In this document: piece after piece, positions 19,491 to 28,533 of the stretch
How the letters are laid out: each line of letters opens with the position of its first letter
How positions within the stretch are numbered: the first letter of the stretch is position 1
Assembly: GCA_051859245.1 (NCBI GenBank)
Contig: JBHYGA010000005.1
Coordinates: 859,537-923,536 of the forward strand
Origin: Gemmatimonadaceae bacterium
GTDB taxonomy: Bacteria > Gemmatimonadota > Gemmatimonadetes > Gemmatimonadales > Gemmatimonadaceae
Direction: 5' to 3'
DNA: 64,000 nucleotides
The notes under the pieces: generated by a model
Told to the model about the DNA's origin: nothing
Seen by the model: only the letters and a program-made list of their open reading frames with translations
Databases searched by the model: none
Position numbers and translations under genes: made by a program

Positions 19491-21035
19491 CTACTTGAAC
19501 GTTTTCAACTCGCCGGCCTTGTACTTGCGCCAGTACTCGTCGAGCTCCCGCTTCACCTTGCCATGCAGGAGATACACACCCACAAGGTTCGGGAACGCCA
19601 TGCCGAGAATCATCAGGTCGCCAAAGTCGAGCACGTTCCGCGCCGTGATGATCGAGCCGAGAAATACGAAGCAGAGGAACAGTATGCGATATGACATGGA
19701 CGCTTTCGGTCCGAACAACCACACCCAGCAGCGTTCACCATAGTACGACCACGAGATCATCGTGGAGAAAGCGAACAGAAACACCGCGCCCGACAAGACA
19801 TACGGCATGAACGGCAGCTGTTCACCCATGGCGCGCGACGTGAGCGCTGCTCCCTGGTTGCCCGTGACAAGGCTTGCGTATTCCGGATTGTTGTACGCAC
19901 CGGTAATCACGATCACGAGCGCCGTCATGGTGCATACCACCACCGTATCGATGAATGGTTCGAGGAGCGCCACAATACCTTCGCGCACCGGATAATCCGT
20001 CTTGGCCGCGGAGTGAGCGATCGCTGCTGAACCGGCACCTGCTTCGTTCGAGAACGCCGCGCGCTGGAAGCCAACAATGAGCACGCCAATGAAGCCGCCG
20101 TACATGGCGTCGGGCGTGAACGCACCACGCATGATCTCACCAAACGCCCAGCCAATGCGGTTGAAGTTCATGAACAGCACGGTCAGCGCCGAGATCACAT
20201 ACACACCCGCCATGAGCGGCACAATTTTGTCGGCCACTGACGCAATGCGCTTGATGCCTCCAACAATCACGATGCCAACCAATACCGTCATCAGCAATCC
20301 GTAGGCCCACGGCGTGCTGGCAAAGAACGGCACCGTTTCCTGCAGCGCGTTCATGGACTGATTCACCTGGAAGCTGTTGCCGCCGCCGAGCGAACCACCA
20401 ATGCAAAGAATCGCGAAGAACACCGCGAGAAACTTGCCGAACTTGGCCATGCCCATTTCGGCGAGGCCCTTTGACAAGTACTGCATCGGACCGCCAAGCA
20501 CGTTGCCATCAGCGCCGATCGCGCGGTACTGCTGACCAAGCGTACACTCGGTGAACTTGGCCGTCATGCCAAGCAGACCGGCGCAGATCATCCAGAAGGT
20601 TGCGCCTGGTCCGCCCATGCTCACTGCGATTGCCACACCCGCAATGTTACCGAGACCAACCGTGGCTGAGAGTGCCGTGGTGAGCGCTTGAAAGTGCGAG
20701 ACGTCACCGACCGCTTTCGGATCCGTGAACTTACCGGCGGTCACTTGAATCGCGTGCTTGAAGGCTCGGATGTTGATGAAGCCCATGCGCACGGTGAGAA
20801 AGATCGAGGCAACCACGAGCCAGATCACGACGAGCGGAACGACGTGATCCGGGTCCCAGAAGAACACGTCGTAGAAAAAGACGGAGCTGATCACGGCGTT
20901 CACGGCGCCAACTGCGCTGTCAACCGTAGCCATGAATCCGGTGGCCTCTTGGGCCGCAGCCGTTGAGAGCGGAGCAGCGCTTGCGAACAGCGCGGCGAGA
21001 AGGCCGCGCGTCAAGCGACCGAATTGTGTGGTCAT
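19491..21035 (-). CDS. Alanine/glycine:cation symporter (AgcS/AlsT family)
   Basis: ALSATVGLGNIAGVA, GGPGA.FWM, FSNEAG.GSA and LEPFIDT motifs. Confidence 0.93.
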   Translation of the reverse strand: MTTQFGRLTRGLLAALFASAAPLSTAAAQEATGFMATVDSAVGAVNAVISSVFFYDVFFWDPDHVVPLVVIWLVVASIFLTVRMGFINIRAFKHAIQVTAGKFTDPKAVGDVSHFQALTTALSATVGLGNIAGVAIAVSMGGPGATFWMICAGLLGMTAKFTECTLGQQYRAIGADGNVLGGPMQYLSKGLAEMGMAKFGKFLAVFFAILCIGGSLGGGNSFQVNQSMNALQETVPFFASTPWAYGLLMTVLVGIVIVGGIKRIASVADKIVPLMAGVYVISALTVLFMNFNRIGWAFGEIMRGAFTPDAMYGGFIGVLIVGFQRAAFSNEAGAGSAAIAHSAAKTDYPVREGIVALLEPFIDTVVVCTMTALVIVITGAYNNPEYASLVTGNQGAALTSRAMGEQLPFMPYVLSGAVFLFAFSTMISWSYYGERCWVWLFGPKASMSYRILFLCFVFLGSIITARNVLDFGDLMILGMAFPNLVGVYLLHGKVKRELDEYWRKYKAGELKTFK

Positions 21036-21243
21036 GCGGAAGGCGGGGAAGGGAATGGTGACATCATCGTCACCGCACGCGCCAGAACGGCGACATCGGA
21101 GAGAAAAGCCAAGCTATCCTGCGGTCACGCCGCACGATACCTGACACGGGGAATGCGCACGCGCAACGTGTTACGCGTGCATTACGCGCGCCAACTCCCT
21201 CGCGCTGAGCTGTATTTCACCGAAGTCTCAGATCATCAACACG

Positions 21244-21272
21244 TTGACACACGTTGGAAGACCCGGTAAATA
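21244..21272 (+). promoter_or_regulatory. Putative sigma70 promoter of the tRNA-Ser pair
   Basis: TTGACA, 17-nt spacer, TAAATA. Confidence 0.5.
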
Positions 21273-21337
21273 TTCAGATTCCTTGGGCTACCGCACCGCT
21301 CGTGCAGGCAGATCACCGCCCTGCAGTAGTGCGCCCA

Positions 21338-21424
21338 GGACAGGTGGCTGAGTGGTTGAAGGCACCGGTCTCGAAAACCGGCGTACCCGCAAGGGTATCG
21401 TGAGTTCGAATCTCACCCTGTCCG
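21338..21424 (+). tRNA. tRNA-Ser(CGA)
   Basis: Acceptor GGACAGG/CCTGTCC+G, anticodon arm CCGGT-CTCGAAA-ACCGG, long variable arm, TTCGAAT T-loop; CCA not encoded. Confidence 0.96.
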
Positions 21425-21448
21425 TTGCACGTCACACAAAAACCGTTG

Positions 21449-21535
21449 GGATGGGTGGCCGAGTGGTTTAAGGCGCACGCCTGGAAAGCGTGTGGGCGCG
21501 CAAGCGTCTCGCGAGTTCGAATCTCGCCTCATCCG
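21449..21535 (+). tRNA. tRNA-Ser(GGA)
   Basis: Acceptor GGATGGG/CTCATCC+G, anticodon arm CACGC-CTGGAAA-GCGTG, long variable arm, T-loop; CCA not encoded. Confidence 0.96.
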
Positions 21536-21539
21536 TGCG

Positions 21540-21580
21540 CCCCGCAATGATCCCATTGATCGTTGCGGGGTTTGCCTTTT
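21540..21580 (+). terminator. Terminator after the tRNA pair
   Basis: CCCCGCAATGATC / GATCGTTGCGGGG hairpin followed by TTTGCCTTTT. Confidence 0.7.
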
Positions 21581-21699
21581 GTGCGCCATCGCATTGCGAT
21601 TCCTTCCCGGGCGCACCAGATATCAAGGAGATCGGGGGCGCATCACGGCGCGACCCGAGTGCGGAAGATCGCCCAGATTGCTACTGAAGGAGTCGCATC

Positions 21700-22140
21700 A
21701 TGCCATCCGCCCAACCGATTCACCGCAGCCGTCCTACCGGCTGGCGGTTTGTTGTCATCGCCGTTGTTGCGCTTGGCGTCTTTCTGCTTTGCGCCAGTGT
21801 GCTGGTGGCCACAACAAGTCGACCTGGAAGCCAGGCCGGGATTTCTGCGAGCGCGGAGCCCACCATGCAAGGCGCGAAGGTCAGCATTCGCGGCAAGGGC
21901 TGGCCGGCCAAGACGGCGGTCGTCTTGTCCGCGAGCGCGCCGCCGGGGGCCACCACCGACCTCGATTTTGGCACGGTTCAGAGTGACGCATCGGGTGAGT
22001 TCCGGGCCACCAAGCTCTCCAAGTGCACGACGCGCACGCCAACGGACACATCCGCCTTGGTGTATGTCAAGGCGAAGGCCGGGGAGGCTGAAGCCACCGC
22101 GCGCATCAGCGCCGCCGCCTGGTTGTGCATGGCGCCGTAA
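21700..22140 (+). CDS. Hypothetical membrane-anchored/exported protein
   Basis: AAGGAG SD, N-terminal TM segment, Ig-like beta-rich remainder (I.G.GW, SDASGEF) with two further Cys. Confidence 0.6.
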   Translation: MPSAQPIHRSRPTGWRFVVIAVVALGVFLLCASVLVATTSRPGSQAGISASAEPTMQGAKVSIRGKGWPAKTAVVLSASAPPGATTDLDFGTVQSDASGEFRATKLSKCTTRTPTDTSALVYVKAKAGEAEATARISAAAWLCMAP

Positions 22141-22233
22141 CGCGTACACTCAAGCACGATCGCCAGACGCTCTGCCAGCAGCTGCAGCAGCGTTCCCCGC
22201 TGGCCGCATTTCTTCGACGCTCGCCCCGCCTCC

Positions 22234-23454
22234 GTGACGACTGCTGTTTTCGCCTGTCCGATTTTCTCGCCAGCCGCCACACAAATGATCGAGGCCGCGC
22301 TCTCCTTGCCAGGAGTGAAGCTCGCGGTCGTGGCGCAACAATCGCTTGAGGACCTCCCAGAGCGCCTCGCCAGTCGCCTGGTGGGGCATTGGCAAGTCCA
22401 TGATGTCACAGACGTCGCGCAACTCACCTGGGCCGTGCGTGAGTTGCACACGCGCGTTGGGAACGTGGACCGGCTCTTCGGCGCGTACGAACAGCTGCAA
22501 GTGCCCCTCGCCGAAGTGCGCGAGCATTTTAACGTGCCCGGCATGCGGCCCGACGCGGCGCGTCGGTTTCGCGACAAGGCCCTGATGAAAGCCACGTTGC
22601 GCGCCGCAGGATTGCCGTGCGCGCGGCATTGCCTGGTCACGACCGCCGACGATGCCTGGCAGTTCGCGCGTGATGTCGGATTTCCGCTGGTTGCCAAACC
22701 ACCCGCCGGCGCCGGTGCAAGGAACACGGAGCGCATTGAAAATGGCGCCGCCTTGGGTGCATGGCTGTCCAAGCATCCACCACACGCCGGCGACCCCTTG
22801 CTGCTCGAGGAGTTCTTGAGCGGCCGCGAACATTCGCTCGAAACCGTCACGATCAACGGCAAAGCGGTGTGGCATTCGCTCACACACTACGATCCCACGC
22901 CGCTTGAAGTGCTGGAGCAGCCGTGGGTGCAGTGGTGTGTGGTATTGCCACGTGAAATTGACGATCCCAAATACGACGACATTCGTGACATCGGCGCGCG
23001 GTCACTGGCCGCGCTCGGCATGGACACGGGCGTGTCGCACTGCGAATGGTTTCGCCGCAGTGATGGATCCGTCGCGATTTCAGAAATCGCGGCGCGACCC
23101 CCAGGCGCACAGATCACCACAATCATTTCACGCGCGCACGACATTGATTTTGTCCGCGCCTGGGTCGAGGTGCAGTTGTTCGGGCACTTCGACATTCCCG
23201 AGCGCAAATACGCGGTCGGCGCCGCGTATCTCAGAGGCCAGGGCCAAGGTCGCGTGACCGCGCTCGAAGGCATCGACACCGTGGTGCGTGAGCTCGGCGC
23301 ACTCGTGACCGACTATCGGTTGCCAACCGTTGGCCAGACACCCACGGGCAGTTACGAAGGCGAAGGCTTCATCATCTTGCGTCACCCGGAAACCGACGTT
23401 GTTGTGCGCTCACTGCGTCGACTCATATCCACCCTGCGCGTCCGCCTCGGCTGA
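22234..23454 (+). CDS. ATP-grasp domain protein (amino-acid-ligase-like), paralog 1
   Basis: FRDKALMK, FPLVAKP..GAG, EEFL.G.EHS, H.EWF and EIAARPPG motifs. Confidence 0.9.
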   Translation: MTTAVFACPIFSPAATQMIEAALSLPGVKLAVVAQQSLEDLPERLASRLVGHWQVHDVTDVAQLTWAVRELHTRVGNVDRLFGAYEQLQVPLAEVREHFNVPGMRPDAARRFRDKALMKATLRAAGLPCARHCLVTTADDAWQFARDVGFPLVAKPPAGAGARNTERIENGAALGAWLSKHPPHAGDPLLLEEFLSGREHSLETVTINGKAVWHSLTHYDPTPLEVLEQPWVQWCVVLPREIDDPKYDDIRDIGARSLAALGMDTGVSHCEWFRRSDGSVAISEIAARPPGAQITTIISRAHDIDFVRAWVEVQLFGHFDIPERKYAVGAAYLRGQGQGRVTALEGIDTVVRELGALVTDYRLPTVGQTPTGSYEGEGFIILRHPETDVVVRSLRRLISTLRVRLG

Positions 23455-23479
23455 CGTCACACCGCTCGCGAGAAATTGC

Positions 23480-24706
23480 ATGGCGCACAATGTCCTCATG
23501 ATCATGCCGGGTTTCCCGGGAGAGATGCCACTCTTTACGCGTGGTCTCGCCGAAGTGGGCGCCACGGTGTGGGGCGTTGCGCCAGGTGGCGTGAACGAAC
23601 TCCCGGAACTCGCGCGCAAGAATCTGTCGCACTATCGCTCCATTCCTGAGCTCTTCACCAACACACCGGCGGCCATCGCGGCCGTTCGCGAATGGACGCG
23701 TGGTGTCACGATTGATCGCGTGAGCTGTTTGTGGGAACCGGGTGTTGAACTTGCCGCCGCCATTCGCGAAGCACTGGGCGTACCAGGGCTCACGCCGTTG
23801 CAGGCGAGTCGCTTTCGCAACAAGGAGTTGATGAAGCAGGCCCTCGACGCCGCCGGTGTGCGCGTGCCACGACATGTGGCGGCCCGTACAATCAAAGAGG
23901 TGCAGGCCGGCGCCGAAAAAGTTGGCTTCCCGTGCATCATCAAACCGATTGCCGGTGCCGGTTCCCAGGACACGTTTCGTTGCGACTCGCAGGCCGAGCT
24001 TGATGCCGCACTCGCGCAACTCGGTCACATCGAAGAAGTGAGCGTGGAGGAGTTCATTGACGGTGAAGAGTTCACCTTCGATACGGTGTGCGCGAACGGC
24101 AAGATTGAATACTTCCATGTGGGCTACTATCGCCCACGCCCGCTCGTGGCCCGCACGCTGGAATGGGTGAGTCCGCAAACGCTGAGCTACCGCAACGTGG
24201 ACGATCCGGCCGTCGCTGGTGGACGCGCCATGGGGGCCGAAGTGCTCAAGGCGCTGGAGTTCGAGACCGGCTTCACGCACATGGAGTGGTACAAGAAATC
24301 CGACGGCGAAGTGGTGTTTGGTGAAGTCGCCGCGCGTCCGCCCGGTGCGCGCACGGTAGACCTCATGAATTTCCAATCGGACATCGATCTGTTCACGGGG
24401 TGGGCCGACGCCGAAGTGCACGGGCGCTTTTCGCTGACCGTCGACCGGAAGTACAACTGCGCCTGCATTACCAAGCGCGCCCACGGCCAGGGGCGGATCC
24501 AGCGGATCGAGGGCATGGACCGGCTCCGCGCGCGGTGCGGAGACGCCATCGTGGCGGTGGATCTGATTCCGGTGGGGTCGCCACGCCGTGATTGGAAGGC
24601 CACGCTGCTCTCCGACGGCCACGTGACGCTACGTCATCCGGACTGGAAGGAGACGATGGCGATGGCCGATTTTGTAGGGGAAGAGCTGCACCTGTACGCC
24701 GGCTGA
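23480..24706 (+). CDS. ATP-grasp domain protein, paralog 2
   Basis: FRNKELMK, FPCIIKP..GAGS, EEFIDGEEF, HMEWY and EVAARPPG motifs; ATG 23480. Confidence 0.9.
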   Translation: MAHNVLMIMPGFPGEMPLFTRGLAEVGATVWGVAPGGVNELPELARKNLSHYRSIPELFTNTPAAIAAVREWTRGVTIDRVSCLWEPGVELAAAIREALGVPGLTPLQASRFRNKELMKQALDAAGVRVPRHVAARTIKEVQAGAEKVGFPCIIKPIAGAGSQDTFRCDSQAELDAALAQLGHIEEVSVEEFIDGEEFTFDTVCANGKIEYFHVGYYRPRPLVARTLEWVSPQTLSYRNVDDPAVAGGRAMGAEVLKALEFETGFTHMEWYKKSDGEVVFGEVAARPPGARTVDLMNFQSDIDLFTGWADAEVHGRFSLTVDRKYNCACITKRAHGQGRIQRIEGMDRLRARCGDAIVAVDLIPVGSPRRDWKATLLSDGHVTLRHPDWKETMAMADFVGEELHLYAG

Positions 24707-24845
24707 TCGTTAGGCGTTGCGCGAATAACACACCTGACCACCTGAGGCGCACGCGCCACAGCGACCGGTGTATTCGCGCGACGCTCAATACGCCCATTTC
24801 TCCTCTGAGAGAGGGAAATCAGACGGTACGGATGTGGTCGCTTCG

Positions 24846-24861
24846 CGGCACGGCCCTTGCT
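24846..24861 (+). promoter_or_regulatory. Putative sigma54 promoter
   Basis: CGGCACGGCCCTTGCT fits GGCACG-N4-TTGCW, 100 nt before ATG 24961. Confidence 0.6.
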
Positions 24862-24960
24862 CTGAGGCACAGATGTAGGCACAGAAGCATTGTGCCACCG
24901 GCGGTGATGCGTTCTATTGCGCTTTGCTCCGCCGGATTCGTCCCTCCGAGGAACCAGACT

Positions 24961-25452
24961 ATGTCGCGTATCGTCGAAGATCCACCAATCGAAGCCGCCC
25001 GCAGCCACTTCTCGCAGCTGTGTGTGCTGCTCACCGGCGTCGCCGCCGGTGTGGTGGAGCCAACCGCTGGTGAGTCTTTGCAGAGCCCGAGCTACCACAT
25101 GGGTCGCCGGGACGGCTACCACGTGGTCGTGGCGCACCTGGCCAGCAGCCGCACCCTGCGCGAGGCGGCCGACAAGTGTGTCGCCTTTGGCCGCGGCGTT
25201 GAGGAGCGGGCCAGCACCCATCCGTACGGACCCGACTGGTGCCACGGCTTCGCGCAGGCCACGCTCGATGCGGCCTCCGATCTGGCCATGTACGCTGCCA
25301 CCTGCACGCTTCCGGTGGTCAACAAGGCACGCCTGCGTTCGGCCCGCACGGCGGCTCGTCACCTGTCACCGTTCCCGAACGCATGGACCGCTCCGCGCGG
25401 CGCTTCCGCACTGGATGCGCCAGAAGCGCCAAGCTCGCCGCGTGAGTGGTAA
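24961..25452 (+). CDS. Hypothetical protein
   Basis: ATG 24961 after GAGGA; GC-rich third codon positions; followed by a terminator; no recognised family. Confidence 0.6.
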   Translation: MSRIVEDPPIEAARSHFSQLCVLLTGVAAGVVEPTAGESLQSPSYHMGRRDGYHVVVAHLASSRTLREAADKCVAFGRGVEERASTHPYGPDWCHGFAQATLDAASDLAMYAATCTLPVVNKARLRSARTAARHLSPFPNAWTAPRGASALDAPEAPSSPREW

Positions 25453-25495
25453 CCGGCGCCGCTGTGCCGCGTGAACGTGATTGACGCTCGCTCGT

Positions 25496-25545
25496 AAAAA
25501 ACAACGGGTCGCATCTCCTCAGGGACGTGCGACCCGTTTGTTGTT
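25496..25545 (+). terminator. Terminator-like hairpin upstream of pyrR
   Basis: AACGGGTCGCA / TGCGACCCGTT with A-rich and T-rich flanks. Confidence 0.7.
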
Positions 25546-25560
25546 GCATATATTGCGCGC

Positions 25561-26106
25561 ATGTCCAAACCCACCACACTGCTCGATGCACGCGCGATGG
25601 ATCGCACGCTGCGTCGCATGGCCGACGAGATCGTTGAGCTGAACGGCGGCACCGATGATCTCGTGATTGTTGGCATTGAGCGCCGGGGCGTGCAGCTCGC
25701 CGAACGACTCGTTCGCCTGATCGAAGCACAGGAACAAGTGGTCGTCACGCGCGGAGCGCTCGACATCACGCTCTATCGCGACGACTTGCAAACCGTCGGA
25801 CCACGACCGGTGGTTGGACGTACGCAGCTGCCCTTGTCGCTCGACGGCAAGCGCGTGGTCATTGTGGACGATGTGCTGTACACCGGCCGCACCATTCGCG
25901 CGGCGCTCGACGAGCTCGCTGATTTCGGGCGGCCGGCGCGTATTGCCCTTGTGGTGCTCGTTGATCGCGGCGGACGCGAACTGCCGATTCACGCCGACAT
26001 TGTGGGCCGCACGGTCGAGGTCTCTCCGGATCAGCGTGTTGACGTCTTCATTTCCGAAGTGGACGAACGCGATGCCGTCATTCTCGCGGACCGCGACGCC
26101 GCGTGA
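25561..26106 (+). CDS. pyrR: Bifunctional pyr regulator / uracil phosphoribosyltransferase
   Basis: [25 protein letters not shown] and DRG.RELPI.AD motifs. Confidence 0.95.
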   Translation: MSKPTTLLDARAMDRTLRRMADEIVELNGGTDDLVIVGIERRGVQLAERLVRLIEAQEQVVVTRGALDITLYRDDLQTVGPRPVVGRTQLPLSLDGKRVVIVDDVLYTGRTIRAALDELADFGRPARIALVVLVDRGGRELPIHADIVGRTVEVSPDQRVDVFISEVDERDAVILADRDAA

Positions 26107-26141
26107 ACGGACTGCATGCAAACATTGCAACACATCAGCGT

Positions 26142-27101
26142 ATGAATGGTCCGCTCGGCAAAGACTTGCTCGGTCTCGATGAACTGACAGCGGACCAGAT
26201 TCGCCTCATTCTCGATACGGCCGTTCCATTCAAGGAAGTCAGCGAACGACAGATCAAGAAGGTGCCGACGCTGCGCGGCATGACGATCGTCAATCTGTTT
26301 TTCGAAGCGTCAACGCGCACGCGCGTCTCGTTCGAGTTTGCTGAAAAACGACTGTCGGCGGACACGGTGAATGTGGCCTCGTCCGGCTCGAGTGTGTCCA
26401 AGGGCGAAACGCTGGTGGACACGGCGCGCAATCTTGAAGCGATGCGCATTGACATGGTGGTGATTCGTCACCCGGCATCAGGTGCCGCGCGATTCCTGGC
26501 GGAGCGCATCGACAGCAACGTGATCAATGCGGGCGATGGAACGCACGAGCATCCCACGCAGGCGCTGCTCGACATTCTCACCTTGCGCGATCGGTTCGGT
26601 GATCTGACTGGACGCCGCGTCTGCATTGTTGGTGATGTGCTGCATTCGCGTGTCGCGCGCTCCAACATTCACGGACTGCGCAAGCTTGGTGCGGAAGTGG
26701 CCGTGTGCGGACCGCGTTCACTGCTGCCCAACGCGGTCGAAGAACTTGGCGTGCAGGTGTTTGACCGTATTGAAGCGGCGATCGAATGGGCAGAGGCGCT
26801 GAACATTCTGCGTCTGCAGCTGGAGCGCATGCAAGCGGGCTACATCCCGTCGCTGCGCGAATACAATCGTGTCTTTGGTGTTACGAGCGAGCGCCTCGAC
26901 AAGGCGCCGCATGACCTTCTCATCCTGCACCCCGGCCCCATGAACCGCGGCGTGGAAATCGATTCAGACGTGGCCGACGGCCCGCATTCTGTCATCCTGC
27001 ATCAGGTCACGAACGGCGTTGCTGTTCGCATGGCGGTGCTCTATTTGCTCGCCGGTGGGCGTCCCGATCTGGCCGACGCGGCCAAGGGAGGAGCCCGCTG
27101 A
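26142..27101 (+). CDS. pyrB: Aspartate carbamoyltransferase catalytic subunit
   Basis: [21 protein letters not shown] and HPGPMNRG motifs. Confidence 0.97.
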   Translation: MNGPLGKDLLGLDELTADQIRLILDTAVPFKEVSERQIKKVPTLRGMTIVNLFFEASTRTRVSFEFAEKRLSADTVNVASSGSSVSKGETLVDTARNLEAMRIDMVVIRHPASGAARFLAERIDSNVINAGDGTHEHPTQALLDILTLRDRFGDLTGRRVCIVGDVLHSRVARSNIHGLRKLGAEVAVCGPRSLLPNAVEELGVQVFDRIEAAIEWAEALNILRLQLERMQAGYIPSLREYNRVFGVTSERLDKAPHDLLILHPGPMNRGVEIDSDVADGPHSVILHQVTNGVAVRMAVLYLLAGGRPDLADAAKGGAR

Positions 27102-28387
27102 TGTCTCGCGATCTGTTACTGCGCGGCGGTCGGATTGTGGACCCGTCGCAAAACATGGATGTCGTCGGTGATGTGTTGCTGCGTGATGGCAAAGTCGAAT
27201 CGTGTGGCGCATCGCTCGGCACGCCCGATGGTGCCGAGGTGATTGACTGTGCCGGTCTCGTGGTCACACCCGGCATGATTGATGTGCACGTGCACATGCG
27301 CGAGCCAGGCCGCGAAGATGTGGAAACGATCAAGTCGGGTGCCCATTCGGCCGCCGCCGGCGGATTCACGGCGGTGTGCGCGATGCCGAACACGCGACCC
27401 GTCACCGACAACCAGGCCACCGTTGGTTTTGTAAAGCGTCAGGGTGAAGCCGCGGGCTTCGCGCGTGTGTATCCGTACGGGGCGATCTCCGTTGGCTCCA
27501 AGGGCGAAACGCTGGCCGAAATGGGCGAAATGATCAGCGCTGGTGCGGTGGCGTTCAGCGATGACGGGTATCCGGTGTCGAGCTCGCAACTCATGCGTAC
27601 CGCGCTTGAATACGCACGCACGTTTGGGGTACCGGTGGCCGAGCACTGCGAGGACATGTCGCTCGCACACGGCGGATCAATGAACGAGAGTGCCGTGAGC
27701 GCGCGCCTTGGTCTCAAAGGTATTCCCAACGAAGCCGAAGAGATCTATGTGATCCGCGACATTCTGCTCGCGAAGCGCACCGGCGGACATATTCACATGT
27801 GTCACATGAGTACGAAAGGCTCGGTGGAGCTGATTCGCTGGGGCAAGGAACGCGGTGTGAACGTGACGGCGGAAGTGTGCTCGCATCATATCTCGCTCAC
27901 CGATGAACGTGTCGGTCAGTACGACACGAACGCCAAAATGAATCCGCCGCTACGAAGCGCCGAAGATGTGGAAGCGCTGCAGCAGGGGCTGGCTGATGGC
28001 ACGATCGATTTGCTCGTCACCGATCACGCTCCTCATCACTACGACGAGAAGGAACGTGAATTCGCCGACGCGCCCAATGGCATCGTGGGCCTCGAAACGG
28101 CGCTCGGCGTGAATTGCACGTGGTTGCTGCATCGCGGGGTGATGTCGCTGTCGGCCATGGTCGACAGCATGGCGTGCAAGCCGGCCAAGGTGTTCGGTCT
28201 GCCGGGCGGCACGCTGCGCGCGGGCAGCCTGGGTGATGTCACCGTGTTCGACCCCAACCGCGTCTGGACGGTTGATCCTAAGCAGTTCAAGTCGAAGGGG
28301 CGCAACACGCCCTACGGCGGCGTGGAACTCACGGGTCAGGCCCGCTATACCGTGGTGGGTGGTCGGGTGGTGTTCGCGGCGTCTTGA
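27101..28387 (+). CDS. pyrC: Dihydroorotase (type I)
   Basis: DVHVH.REPG, MPNT, KMNPPLR and TDHAPH motifs. Confidence 0.96.
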   Translation: MSRDLLLRGGRIVDPSQNMDVVGDVLLRDGKVESCGASLGTPDGAEVIDCAGLVVTPGMIDVHVHMREPGREDVETIKSGAHSAAAGGFTAVCAMPNTRPVTDNQATVGFVKRQGEAAGFARVYPYGAISVGSKGETLAEMGEMISAGAVAFSDDGYPVSSSQLMRTALEYARTFGVPVAEHCEDMSLAHGGSMNESAVSARLGLKGIPNEAEEIYVIRDILLAKRTGGHIHMCHMSTKGSVELIRWGKERGVNVTAEVCSHHISLTDERVGQYDTNAKMNPPLRSAEDVEALQQGLADGTIDLLVTDHAPHHYDEKEREFADAPNGIVGLETALGVNCTWLLHRGVMSLSAMVDSMACKPAKVFGLPGGTLRAGSLGDVTVFDPNRVWTVDPKQFKSKGRNTPYGGVELTGQARYTVVGGRVVFAAS

Positions 28388-28533
28388 GTACCCGCTCTCA
28401 CCACCGGAGCACGATGTATCACGGTGTGACATGAGTCGTCTATTGGAGTAACATGAAGCACGGGGCGCCGATGCTTCGTGCATCGTCGAGCAATCGTTCG
28501 CACTGTTGGCTGTCGTTCACTCGGAGTTTTCGC

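Noticed and set aside
21036..21240. Expected glycine riboswitch upstream of the Ala/Gly symporter
   Set aside because: No GGAGAG...CCGAAG...CUCUCAGG pattern on the minus strand.
21536..25560. Possible genomic island integrated at tRNA-Ser
   Set aside because: No integrase, no repeat of the tRNA 3' end and no obvious compositional shift.
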